From: a virus
Strand: one strand, 5' to 3'
IMG/VR virus record: IMGVR_UViG_3300050821_004478
DNA: 64,000 nucleotides
Position numbers and translations under genes: made by a program. This document shows positions 50,969 through 59,757 of this stretch, piece after piece. The notes beneath the pieces were generated by a model. That model was not told the origin of the DNA. It made no database searches and saw only the letters and a list, made by a program, of their open reading frames with translations. Position 1 is the first letter of the stretch. Every line of letters starts with the position of its first letter.

Positions 50969-52291
50969 TTATCGAATCTGGATACCGTAGGCTTGAAGTT
51001 GTTTGACGAATTGAGGGTCCGTCTTCAACTTAGCTCTCATTACTTTCGGGTCCATATCCTTTACGGTCTTTAGGAATTCCTTCCTCGCGAGTGCTGGGTC
51101 TGGCGTTCCCGGTCGTTGTGCGCTCAACGAACCCGGAGGCAAGCCTCCATTCACTCCCGGACGACGGGCGGGTACTGGCACATTAGGTGCCGCCGCAGAC
51201 GTCGCTACCGTTGCTTCAACCACAGGCTGACTAGGCACTGCTGGCTGGGCTGCTACTATAGGTACTGGCACTGCAATTGGCGTTTCCGCGACCGGGATTA
51301 CCGGGGGAGCGGGCGTTGCTGCAGTGGCTGCTGGGACCGGATTAGGGACCACAACAGCTTGTCTCGTTGCCACGGTTTCCACCTTGGCAAGTTTGTCACC
51401 CTGTTCCAAAAGGTCCTGAAACGCGGCCTCAAGGTTATCATGGGTAAGTTCAAGATTGTTCTCTACAAAATAATCATTCATTGCCTTCTTATTGGCATCG
51501 CACGGGTTATAGTCATGCAAGTGATGACGCATCCACTGGTTTGAAATGGCGCGGCCCGTTTCGTAGGCTTCTTTGTTCTTCAGTTCAGTTTCACGCTTCT
51601 GATAACTGCTCTCGATGGTGGCGTGAATCACATCGGTGATCTTTGATGAATCCTTTTCTTCCAAAGCAACGCGCGCTGCTTCCGCGATTGCCTCTGGGGA
51701 CAAAATTGTTTTCTCTTGCTTGAATGACAACTTCTGCTGTTTCAAGCGATGAAATGCGCGGGTCGCCTGGACGTGGACTTCTCGCTTCTTCGCTGCGAGT
51801 TCAACCAACGTGCGCGCTTCCAAGTGCGTCGGACGACCGATGTTTTTACCATCTTCTCCGGTAACTTGGTATTCTTCAATGTAACGGGTCGCTTTGCCTT
51901 GCGCGTCACGAACGATTGTTACGCCTGCGGCCAACCACTCTGCATCTTCCGCTTCGTGATTGTTGACTACCGGAACTGCTTTCGGAATATCGTCAGTTGG
52001 CATATCAGCGGGCAGTGGCGCATTCATCGCTATCGCTTCTGCTGTTGCCGCTGCCATCTTTGCGGCCTCTGCTGCGAGTTCTTCTGTTGATGGGGGAATC
52101 ACACGATTCAACTGCGCATCAACTGCCTCTTCTCGGTTCTGGGCCTCCAACATCAACTCAGATACACGAGATGCAACCACACGATCTCGAAGGAGTGACT
52201 GCATATCCTTGGACGTGGTTGGGTCTTTCACGGCTGCTAGAATGGACTTCAAATCCATCTGCAGCACAACTTCGCGAGTGATTGCACTCAT
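50969..52291 (-). CDS. scaffolding protein candidate
   Basis: Located between portal and capsid; helical, charged, with an Ala/Pro-rich tract. Confidence 0.55.
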   Translation of the reverse strand: MSAITREVVLQMDLKSILAAVKDPTTSKDMQSLLRDRVVASRVSELMLEAQNREEAVDAQLNRVIPPSTEELAAEAAKMAAATAEAIAMNAPLPADMPTDDIPKAVPVVNNHEAEDAEWLAAGVTIVRDAQGKATRYIEEYQVTGEDGKNIGRPTHLEARTLVELAAKKREVHVQATRAFHRLKQQKLSFKQEKTILSPEAIAEAARVALEEKDSSKITDVIHATIESSYQKRETELKNKEAYETGRAISNQWMRHHLHDYNPCDANKKAMNDYFVENNLELTHDNLEAAFQDLLEQGDKLAKVETVATRQAVVVPNPVPAATAATPAPPVIPVAETPIAVPVPIVAAQPAVPSQPVVEATVATSAAAPNVPVPARRPGVNGGLPPGSLSAQRPGTPDPALARKEFLKTVKDMDPKVMRAKLKTDPQFVKQLQAYGIQIR

Positions 52292-52310
52292 GTGGTATCC
52301 TTATTCGATT

Positions 52311-52679
52311 CTACTTCGTTCCCTGTTCGGGAGATTTTATCGGCATTTGGAAACGCGGTTTTGGTGTTGCCACCAATTCCGGATTTTCCCTCTGCTGTGC
52401 TTCTGCTACTGCGGTGCGTTGGTGCAACTTGACAGAGTCAAGCACTTCTGCGGAGAACTTGTTCATCGCGCGAGCCGTCGTCTGCAATCCCATTAACTGT
52501 TCTGGGTAACGTTCGATACTCGGATTCAGTTTGATGACTGCCTCAGTTGCTGTGCGACAAGATTCCGCCATCAATCGAACTAAGACTTTCCATCCCGGTT
52601 GATTCACGAGTTGTGCGAGCGAGATGCGCTCTTCGAATGTTAGGTTCTCACCCAACACCTTACGGCCTTCATCGGACAT
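52311..52679 (-). CDS. hypothetical protein (122 aa)
   Basis: ATG 52679 lies 7 nt after GGTGGAG. Confidence 0.5.
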   Translation of the reverse strand: MSDEGRKVLGENLTFEERISLAQLVNQPGWKVLVRLMAESCRTATEAVIKLNPSIERYPEQLMGLQTTARAMNKFSAEVLDSVKLHQRTAVAEAQQRENPELVATPKPRFQMPIKSPEQGTK

Positions 52680-52710
52680 TGTATACTCCACCCCTTTCAG
52701 GGATTGTGAC

Positions 52711-52730
52711 GGGGCACCTTTCGATGCCCC
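52711..52730 (-). promoter_or_regulatory. GC hairpin just after the portal stop
   Basis: GGGGCA-n8-UGCCCC with no U tract. Confidence 0.35.
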
Positions 52731-52737
52731 CTGTTAG

Positions 52738-54840
52738 TTAAAGTGCGGTGGTTGCGCCGAAGCCTTGTGTGTTATCTGGGGCACCCAAACCGGGTGCTGT
52801 TGATTTCTCGATTGAAGAACGGAAGGCTTCGTTGCCTGCCTTTCCAAGTTGCTTCTGATTCTCCATCACCTGTTCTTGTTCGAACTTCTGCTGCTGCATG
52901 TCTTGCGCGTTCTTCATCTGCGCCGCCTGCATAGCCGCTGGACTGTTCGCGTCGTGCTTCTGCTTCTCTACTTCCGTCATCTCACGTAGGAAGGCTTGGC
53001 TGAACTTCCAGCCTGCTGCATCAGTGAATGCTTGGAAGATAGCGACTGCGTCGAACTGGTACCCAGCATCGTTGGCGTTTGCCGTGAACGTTGGGTTATT
53101 GAGAAGTTGTATCATCACTGGAAGTGCTTGTGCCATTTCTTTCTTGGCCCCGAGGTTTGCTCCTGCGAGAACTTCATACTCGACCTTCGCATTGCGGTAT
53201 GCGATATGATCGACTTTGAAATCGTTACCGATCTTCTCGCCCAAGATATCCTTAATGACCGATGTCGGCAACAAATCGTTGTCGAGATCGTCCATCTGAA
53301 AGAGCCAAGGTTCAAAGACCTGACGGACGAATCGTCCGGTCGGGCCATCTAGACGAGACGCGTTCGCCGCGACAACCGCCGCCGCGCCCGTGCCTGATCT
53401 CATACCCGTCGTACTGATGCCTGCATGACCAGCGCCCTGCACTACCTGCTCGTTAGCGCCCGATGTTGCTGCGCCAGCGGACTGAGATTGCTGGATGAAC
53501 GCAAATGCCTCTTGAGGAGGGGTCGGCATTTGTAGGAACTTGAAAGCCTTCTCAACGTCTTCTTCGACGTCTATGATGCCGCCTTGCTCCCAGCGTGTGT
53601 TCTGTGTCGGTGCGTTAAAACCTCTCTTGCGTAGCGCCACAGGTTGCAAGCAGTAAGCTAGCAAGTCGAGCGCAAGGTTGGTTACACCCTGCTCCACAAT
53701 CTGCTCGCTGCCGATTAGCAGTCCGAGTCCCTGACCGTAGAAACTGTCTGGGATGTTGCGCCAGTTGGCCGAGTAGAACGGAATCTTGCTGTACGGGTTG
53801 ACTTCATTGCGAATCAAAATATTATGGCCGTTGAAGATCAAGACCACTATGACTTTCTCATCATCCCAATGCTCTAAGATTTCCAGCGGCGCTCTGTTCG
53901 GGTCCGCCGAAGTCTTGTAGCTGCGGGGCTTCGAATGCTGCAAGTAGCCCATCATCCCTTCCGGGATGGTCATAGAAATATTGTCTGGTCCCGGTGACGT
54001 TGCCTTCTCGAACATACGACGAAGGACATCTTCTTCCGGAATGTTGTAACCCTCTACGCCGCGCAGACGGTCCAAATCTTGGTACGTCGCATAGTCGCGG
54101 TAAACAACCCACTTCGCCGTACGGATATCACCGCAGCGGCAGCCTGGGTCCACAAGGACTGTGCGGATATCGCAGAACTTAAGCCACGGATGGGAAACAG
54201 TCTTCTTGTAGAACTCGATCTCGAAGTCGTCTGAGTCCGGCGTATCAATCGGTGCGGTCTCAATACCAGACGGTGCGTGAACCTTCGGCGCGTAGCGCTT
54301 GTATTTCTTTTCGGTCTTCTGGTACTCAGTATAGCCCCACTTCCAAATACCGGTGCCAAGCAGAGCCATCTGCTCAAGCCCGCGTTCTATCTCTTCCTCG
54401 AAGCGCATGGCCTTGAGTTGGAAATTGAACATCGCAGTCTTTGCCTGGATGACTTCCGGCGTGGTACCCGGACTTGGTCGTAGAAGGAAACACGGGTCTT
54501 CATAAAAGATGCCGCCCATGATCTTCGGAACGATGGAGCTAATGTGATTCGAAACCATGAACTTCGGCACTGCCGAGTTCGCTACGTCGGTGCCGCCACC
54601 AATATCATTGGTGGAAATGGGCGACTGATAAAGCAAGTCGGACATCGTCCAACCGCTGGCCCACTGATTGATGTTGATGAAATTGTCTGCCAGTTCTGTG
54701 TTGTTGAGAACGAGGTTGATCGCAGCCGTGTCGTTGAACTGTATGGTTCCGGTCTCCGAGTCGATGTACGTATTTTCTGTGGTGATCTCGGCGGCCTTCT
54801 CCGTTTCCAATCCCGCTATCTGCTGGTCGATATCGCTCAT
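52738..54840 (-). CDS. portal protein
   Basis: 700 aa, located between the terminase and the scaffold. Acidic and Gln-rich C-terminus. Confidence 0.75.
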   Translation of the reverse strand: MSDIDQQIAGLETEKAAEITTENTYIDSETGTIQFNDTAAINLVLNNTELADNFININQWASGWTMSDLLYQSPISTNDIGGGTDVANSAVPKFMVSNHISSIVPKIMGGIFYEDPCFLLRPSPGTTPEVIQAKTAMFNFQLKAMRFEEEIERGLEQMALLGTGIWKWGYTEYQKTEKKYKRYAPKVHAPSGIETAPIDTPDSDDFEIEFYKKTVSHPWLKFCDIRTVLVDPGCRCGDIRTAKWVVYRDYATYQDLDRLRGVEGYNIPEEDVLRRMFEKATSPGPDNISMTIPEGMMGYLQHSKPRSYKTSADPNRAPLEILEHWDDEKVIVVLIFNGHNILIRNEVNPYSKIPFYSANWRNIPDSFYGQGLGLLIGSEQIVEQGVTNLALDLLAYCLQPVALRKRGFNAPTQNTRWEQGGIIDVEEDVEKAFKFLQMPTPPQEAFAFIQQSQSAGAATSGANEQVVQGAGHAGISTTGMRSGTGAAAVVAANASRLDGPTGRFVRQVFEPWLFQMDDLDNDLLPTSVIKDILGEKIGNDFKVDHIAYRNAKVEYEVLAGANLGAKKEMAQALPVMIQLLNNPTFTANANDAGYQFDAVAIFQAFTDAAGWKFSQAFLREMTEVEKQKHDANSPAAMQAAQMKNAQDMQQQKFEQEQVMENQKQLGKAGNEAFRSSIEKSTAPGLGAPDNTQGFGATTAL

Positions 54841-54841
54841 T

Positions 54842-54868
54842 GCGCCTCTATGAGAGGCGCGGCCTCTC
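54842..54868 (-). promoter_or_regulatory. three-segment alternative-hairpin element overlapping the portal RBS
   Basis: On the minus strand, GAGAGGC-cgc-GCCUCUC competes with GCGCCUCU-cau-AGAGGCGC. The latter contains the SD AGAGG. Confidence 0.45.
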
Positions 54869-55440
54869 TATTGTTGCCTTCTCATCCAGTCAGCAACAAG
54901 CTGTATTTGTTCAGCCGTTGCGTTTTGTTTTATTGTATTGGCTAGATAGGAAATCACAAAACAATTTCCTTTCACATATCCAAGTTTAGGAACGAATCTG
55001 TCCAAAGACGCTGACGCGCCTGTAAGTCCTGGGAGCATTTCGAACGGTGTATTAAAAACCGGGCAGTGCCCGTCCCCGATTAATTCCAAAATATCATTCT
55101 TAGACAAATCAAAAGGTAGGTCTTTCTTTAACGCCCGCCTTCTAGCGCTCTGATACATCGAAGTAGCAAGACGAGTAAAACCACCACATCTTTTGCAATT
55201 ATTTCTTCGCTTGCCGTGGTCACATACTCCGATGCCGCCGCACTTCTCACAATAGTGGCGCGGCTTATCGTGTTCACAAATACTGCCGCCGCCGATTCCC
55301 AAAATTTTACAATCTTTACATACTGCACGAACGTGGTCGTGTTCGCAAATTGAAGAACCGCCGATACTGAGGAGTTTGCATTCCCTACAATATTGGCGAA
55401 GATGGTTATGTAAGCATCTAGCTTTTTCTTTGTCATTCAT
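54868..55440 (-). CDS. HNH endonuclease with N-terminal tandem zinc-knuckle repeats
   Basis: The C.H...R..C..C unit is repeated about 4 times. C-terminal SLDRFVPKLGYVKGNCFVISYLANTIK. Confidence 0.65.
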   Translation of the reverse strand: MNDKEKARCLHNHLRQYCRECKLLSIGGSSICEHDHVRAVCKDCKILGIGGGSICEHDKPRHYCEKCGGIGVCDHGKRRNNCKRCGGFTRLATSMYQSARRRALKKDLPFDLSKNDILELIGDGHCPVFNTPFEMLPGLTGASASLDRFVPKLGYVKGNCFVISYLANTIKQNATAEQIQLVADWMRRQQ

Positions 55441-55443
55441 AAA

Positions 55444-55499
55444 ACTCTCCAGTAAAGAGCGATCAGGAGAACTGTGTTACTGGCACAATCCTCCCAATC
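55444..55499 (-). promoter_or_regulatory. 5' leader hairpins homologous to 49381..49433
   Basis: Long stem GAUUGGGAGGAUUGUG/CACAGUUCUCCUGAUC, then GCUCU-uuacugg-AGAGU over the SD. Confidence 0.55.
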
Positions 55500-55503
55500 T
55501 TAA

Positions 55504-55532
55504 ATCTTAACACAAGTTGCAACTCATGTCAA
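55504..55532 (-). promoter_or_regulatory. sigma-70-like promoter (TTGACA-17-TAAGAT) for the HNH gene
   Basis: Shares CTTGACAnnnGTTGCAACnnnnnnTAAGnT with 49437..49465. Confidence 0.6.
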
Positions 55533-55602
55533 GAAGTTTGTTTGGCCGCTACTTCGCTAAAGATACTACCCTGCTAAGAAACTATCCTGCCTTGCGAAAG
55601 AG

Positions 55603-57903
55603 CTAAAGACGCCAGGGACCCTTATTACCAAATATGCGCATGCGTGGGTCGAGAGGGCGCGGTGGTTCTGGCTCCGGTTCGGGTGGTTTCACTTCACCCG
55701 TTTCTCCACGCACCCACTGCTTCCACGTCGGTGCTTGCACGCTTGGTTGACCGGGATTCATTAGGGTCCCGCCATATCGTTGACCGAAATACGCTTCGTA
55801 GTGACGCGCCTTGCGATAATATTTGTCTTGTTCTTCCGCGAGTCTTTTCTCTTCTTCCGGGTCAACAGTATCGATTGCCGGTCGTGCATCTTGGGGGAGG
55901 ATGTACAGGAGATACGCGATAGCGTCGGGGATATCGTCCTTACGCCCCTTGTTCTTCTTCTCGCCTGTGTACTGAATGAACTGTTTGAACGTCTCATCAA
56001 TCCAGGGTCCGAGCACGAAGTGAAGACGGTGCGCCGACAGCAAGATTTCTATGCTCTTGATTCGATTGCGCTTTGCGTTCTCTTCTCGCGACGGCTGCTT
56101 CCAGTAAATGTACGGTTGGAAACTTTGACGTGCGCCCACGCGCTCAATCTCGTCTCGTAGTTGGTCGTACGCGTTGGACGCTTCGATCATCGTGACTTTC
56201 GGGCCGTAACGCTTTGACAGCGCTACGATCTGATAAGCCAATTCCGTGTACTTCCACTTGTCGTAGACGATCTCAAGGATGACGAAAGCCCACTCATTAG
56301 CATCGTTCTTGTAGAGACGCGCGACGACGCCGACTGAATAGTCTGACGTCTTTTTATCTGACAGCGCCCAATCCCAGACGACGTAGATGTCGCCCACTTT
56401 CGGTGCGGCTTCGCGCTGGTACATATGAGAGCGAAGGTCGGCCTCAGTAAAACTGATCTTGAAGCCGCTATCTTCGGCGGCATCGGTCGGCTGATTAAGT
56501 TGCTGATTTCTAAACTCACGCTCGCCCTTCTTTAAGAGCAAGCGATGAAGTTTGTTGAACGTCCACTTCTGGGGAAAGTTCAGCGTTACCATATCTTCGG
56601 TAAGCTGCATGATCGGAACTTCTACGTATTCCGGTTTTACATCCCATGCACCACGACAGTGATACCTGATAGGTGCTATCTCTTTCTCGCCCTCTGGCGG
56701 CGTAAGACGCGTACCGTACCAATCATCGGTAAAGTAGCGGGTTCCAATATGATCGCTAAACCCATACGGGTCGAGCAAATCATCGGTGCCATCGTAATCT
56801 TTCTTTATCTTGGCTCTTGTCTCTTCTGTGTTTGAATTCGCATTGGTGACAACGTCATCACCCTTCTTGAAATCGCAATGCCAACCCGATATGTTTGCAA
56901 CAATCGAATTGACCCAGATCGAACCCTGGCGCTGCGGTAGCATGCGCGCTGGAGAGATCAGTGGTTCCTTCGATGTTCCGTCGACACCGATTAAGACGTA
57001 CTCAGGAAACAGCAAGTGAAACGCTGTTGGGTCCTGACCTTCCGCGAGAGAAAAATAGCCTTTGATTTCTAGCAAGAATGAAAGTGCCAGCTTGTACTCA
57101 CCAGTGACAATGAGAATGCGGGCATCAGGACAGTTAAGCAAAATCTGTACTGAATCTGCGCCGTCAATCGTCGACTTGTAATAGCCGCGACTGTCAAGCA
57201 ACATCATTTCTTTTGTGGGACGACCCTGTGAGTCATAACGCTCTTGGTCATCTATCATGTCATGAAAGTCGTCCAGCGTGTAACCTTCGAAATACATTGA
57301 AGGAACAGTCGGGCGGCTTTCGTCCACGGTGCCATCAGACTTCAACCACGGGCCACCGAAATTCTTTTGTAGGAACTGATCGCATGTGACTTGATGCACC
57401 GTGCGATACACACCCATGCCGAGTAGACGGCAAAGCCAGAACAAGTCCTTTCGTGCGCGGTCTCTCAGTTCGAGCCAGCGCCAGAAGCCGACGATATCAT
57501 CGACCTCGTATGTTATGTCTTCGATGCTTCTGCGACGCTGACCCTTCACTCGTTGCGTTGGGTCGCCCTCGGAATTTCGAATCTGAATCTTGGTCTCGGA
57601 CGGATTGGGGCGCGTCGGACCCTTTGATTTCTTCTTGCTGCCCTCGTCATCTGCGTCGCCGTTTTCGGGCTGACCAAAATACAGACGCACCAACTTGGTG
57701 TAGCTGCGAGCCTCGCTCTTAAATCTTACACCATCTCTGTCGAGATGGGCAACTTCGTCGAGGAGTCTTTGAACTGCCGATTCCCTCTCAGCCTTATCTT
57801 GCTCTGAGACCTTCGCAGCCTTCTCGCGGGCGCGAAGCGCTCTCATGCGTTCGGTGCTGGTGGACTTCGACTTCTTCTCTACCGGTTCAAGTTCCTCGGA
57901 CAT
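55603..57903 (-). CDS. terL: terminase large subunit
   Basis: 766 aa, upstream of the portal. DSRGYYKST is a Walker-A-like motif. C-terminal acidic nuclease-type motifs (VVWDWALSD). GGAG RBS. Confidence 0.75.
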   Translation of the reverse strand: MSEELEPVEKKSKSTSTERMRALRAREKAAKVSEQDKAERESAVQRLLDEVAHLDRDGVRFKSEARSYTKLVRLYFGQPENGDADDEGSKKKSKGPTRPNPSETKIQIRNSEGDPTQRVKGQRRRSIEDITYEVDDIVGFWRWLELRDRARKDLFWLCRLLGMGVYRTVHQVTCDQFLQKNFGGPWLKSDGTVDESRPTVPSMYFEGYTLDDFHDMIDDQERYDSQGRPTKEMMLLDSRGYYKSTIDGADSVQILLNCPDARILIVTGEYKLALSFLLEIKGYFSLAEGQDPTAFHLLFPEYVLIGVDGTSKEPLISPARMLPQRQGSIWVNSIVANISGWHCDFKKGDDVVTNANSNTEETRAKIKKDYDGTDDLLDPYGFSDHIGTRYFTDDWYGTRLTPPEGEKEIAPIRYHCRGAWDVKPEYVEVPIMQLTEDMVTLNFPQKWTFNKLHRLLLKKGEREFRNQQLNQPTDAAEDSGFKISFTEADLRSHMYQREAAPKVGDIYVVWDWALSDKKTSDYSVGVVARLYKNDANEWAFVILEIVYDKWKYTELAYQIVALSKRYGPKVTMIEASNAYDQLRDEIERVGARQSFQPYIYWKQPSREENAKRNRIKSIEILLSAHRLHFVLGPWIDETFKQFIQYTGEKKNKGRKDDIPDAIAYLLYILPQDARPAIDTVDPEEEKRLAEEQDKYYRKARHYEAYFGQRYGGTLMNPGQPSVQAPTWKQWVRGETGEVKPPEPEPEPPRPLDPRMRIFGNKGPWRL

Positions 57904-57931
57904 TGGGTGACTCCGTAATTCTTATACTGCT

Positions 57932-58201
57932 TTATTGGTTCAATACTTTTTTGGCGGCTTCTCGATTTGCTTCGGCACCTTTTAATTCTGCGCCCTGGTC
58001 TGCCTTCACGCCCATGAAACTATCGCCTTCTGATCGTGCGGCGCGTGCGTGAGAGTAATCTGATGACGCTGCCGCTGGCTTTCCGGCTGGCTTCGGTCCA
58101 AAATTGGTATGACCTGACTTCGTACCGATGCTTGATTTGCCGACGTCGTCGAGAGTCTTGTGTGCGCTCGCGAGCGCGTTTGTTATGAAGTCTGAACCCA
58201 T
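57932..58201 (-). CDS. hypothetical protein (89 aa)
   Basis: ATG 58201 lies 1 nt after the upstream stop. Confidence 0.45.
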   Translation of the reverse strand: MGSDFITNALASAHKTLDDVGKSSIGTKSGHTNFGPKPAGKPAAASSDYSHARAARSEGDSFMGVKADQGAELKGAEANREAAKKVLNQ

Positions 58202-58202
58202 G

Positions 58203-58685
58203 TTATGTCCTTGAGACGCCATCAAGTGGGTCTATATTCGATTCTGGCTTCTCTACCTTCGAGCGAATATCCTTGCAAGTCTCGTATTCTGCTTTCGCAT
58301 TATCCGAAAGTTTGCTACCGTCGCCTGGGACGCCAAAGACTACGGCGACCGTCTTGCCGTCGTCCACAATTTTTCCGACAATGGCTTTATCATCTTGCTT
58401 TATGATAACTAGTTCCAGCCCGTTCTCTTGGACGTAGTGTTTCCCGTCTTTGTCGGCGCTAACAAATTTATAGACGATTGGCTCTTCCAACTTCACAACG
58501 CGTTCGGGACCCGGTGCCACCGAAATGACAGCGACGTCCTTACCGATCTCGACGTGGGCACCCACGAATTCTTCTGGAGAACAAGCGCCAATGTCATAGC
58601 CAACTGTCTTGTCTTGAGCAAGCGCGCATCCGGCGAATGCGAGAACTAGTGCGGCGATTCCTACGCGAACGAATTTGAGACTCAT
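58203..58685 (-). CDS. lipoprotein
   Basis: Signal peptide with lipobox LAFAGC (Cys20). Confidence 0.6.
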   Translation of the reverse strand: MSLKFVRVGIAALVLAFAGCALAQDKTVGYDIGACSPEEFVGAHVEIGKDVAVISVAPGPERVVKLEEPIVYKFVSADKDGKHYVQENGLELVIIKQDDKAIVGKIVDDGKTVAVVFGVPGDGSKLSDNAKAEYETCKDIRSKVEKPESNIDPLDGVSRT

Positions 58686-58695
58686 GGTAACTTCC

Positions 58696-58914
58696 TTAAA
58701 CCTTTGGAGGGTCTACACTTGGTGCTGCAGATGAATCTTTTGATGCCGGACTAAAAGCGTGTCCTGTGATTGCGCCCAACACTGTCCCCGTAAATGCAAC
58801 GAAGGTTGAATCCATGTGATGAAGATATTGGAGGATAGTGCCGATGCCAAACACCCCGATACACACAGGAAGATGATAGTCTTTAATATTTGTAAGTATT
58901 TTATCGAGGTTCAC
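58696..58914 (-). CDS. small membrane protein
   Basis: GTG start after AAGGT; two hydrophobic segments. Confidence 0.4.
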   Translation of the reverse strand: MNLDKILTNIKDYHLPVCIGVFGIGTILQYLHHMDSTFVAFTGTVLGAITGHAFSPASKDSSAAPSVDPPKV

Positions 58915-58923
58915 GGGACCTTC

Positions 58924-59112
58924 TTAATGTTTGAACTTGCCCATCGTATGAGCAAAGTTTGCCATGTGGCGAACATGCTCATTCTTTGAGTTCTTCGCGG
59001 CTTCCATTTTCTCAGCCGGGATGTTCTCATCCTCAGGAACACCTAGAGCGCGATGAAGACCACCTTTGCGAAGGTGGTGCATTGCGCGATATAGCGAGGG
59101 ATTCTTCGCCAT
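58924..59112 (-). CDS. hypothetical protein (62 aa)
   Basis: Compact ORF abutting its neighbours. Confidence 0.45.
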   Translation of the reverse strand: MAKNPSLYRAMHHLRKGGLHRALGVPEDENIPAEKMEAAKNSKNEHVRHMANFAHTMGKFKH

Positions 59113-59113
59113 G

Positions 59114-59695
59114 TTAAGCCGCCGCTGGCGGTGCGCCCGCCGCGCCCGGAGGTGGTACCGCTGCCGCGCCAGCCATCGGCTGGTTGGCTACATCGTTGCC
59201 CTCGCCTGGATTCATCTGTGATGTGTGGTCCATCATATGGTCCATGAGTTCGTCGTGCGAACCTACTGCACCCTTCACATCCTTATGTGGACCGTCTTCA
59301 TGCACATGGTGTACGGTGTGGCTGCCATCTTTGTGGTGCTCCACATGCGTGTGAGAAAACTTGTGCTTCTTCATATTTGCTCCGTATTTCTTCAAATATC
59401 GTATGGCGCTTTCTAAGGTGGAGATGTTATCTTTTGCATTTCCCAGCATGTGATTGCAAGGTCTGCATAACAATCCCCGAAACTTGTTTGTGACGTGGTC
59501 GTGGTCTATGTGCGGGGTCTTCTTAAAGACCTCCGAACAGATAGCACATCTGTTGTCTTGCTCGATAAGACGTGCATCGACTACCACTTTGGTCGTTCCA
59601 CGTCGAGGGGCTTGTATAAAACGCCGTTTCTCGGGATGCCTCTTTCGATACTTCTGAGCCGCTTCGTTGTTGCGTTCACGCAAACTTTTAATCAT
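59114..59695 (-). CDS. endonuclease VII-type HNH nuclease continuing in frame into a His-rich segment
   Basis: CAICSEVF...HIDHDHVTNKFRGLLCRPCNHMLGN. There is an internal GGAG-n6-ATG at 59374 ahead of MKKHKFSHTHVEHHKDGSHTVHHVHEDGPH. Confidence 0.8.
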   Translation of the reverse strand: MIKSLRERNNEAAQKYRKRHPEKRRFIQAPRRGTTKVVVDARLIEQDNRCAICSEVFKKTPHIDHDHVTNKFRGLLCRPCNHMLGNAKDNISTLESAIRYLKKYGANMKKHKFSHTHVEHHKDGSHTVHHVHEDGPHKDVKGAVGSHDELMDHMMDHTSQMNPGEGNDVANQPMAGAAAVPPPGAAGAPPAAA

Positions 59696-59708
59696 AGTAT
59701 CCTCTGCA

Positions 59709-59742
59709 AAGGAAAAATGGGACGGCGTTGCAGCGCCGCCCC
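59709..59742 (-). terminator. rho-independent terminator
   Basis: On the minus strand, GGGGCGGCG-n6-CGCCGUCCC is followed by AUUUUUCCUUU. Confidence 0.7.
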
Positions 59743-59757
59743 TTGTAGCTACAAATT

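Noticed and set aside
55603-57903. An intein in the unusually long (766-aa) terminase.
   Set aside because: The extra length is an N-terminal Lys/Glu/Arg-rich extension. No intein block motifs or internal Cys/Ser ... His-Asn junctions were seen.
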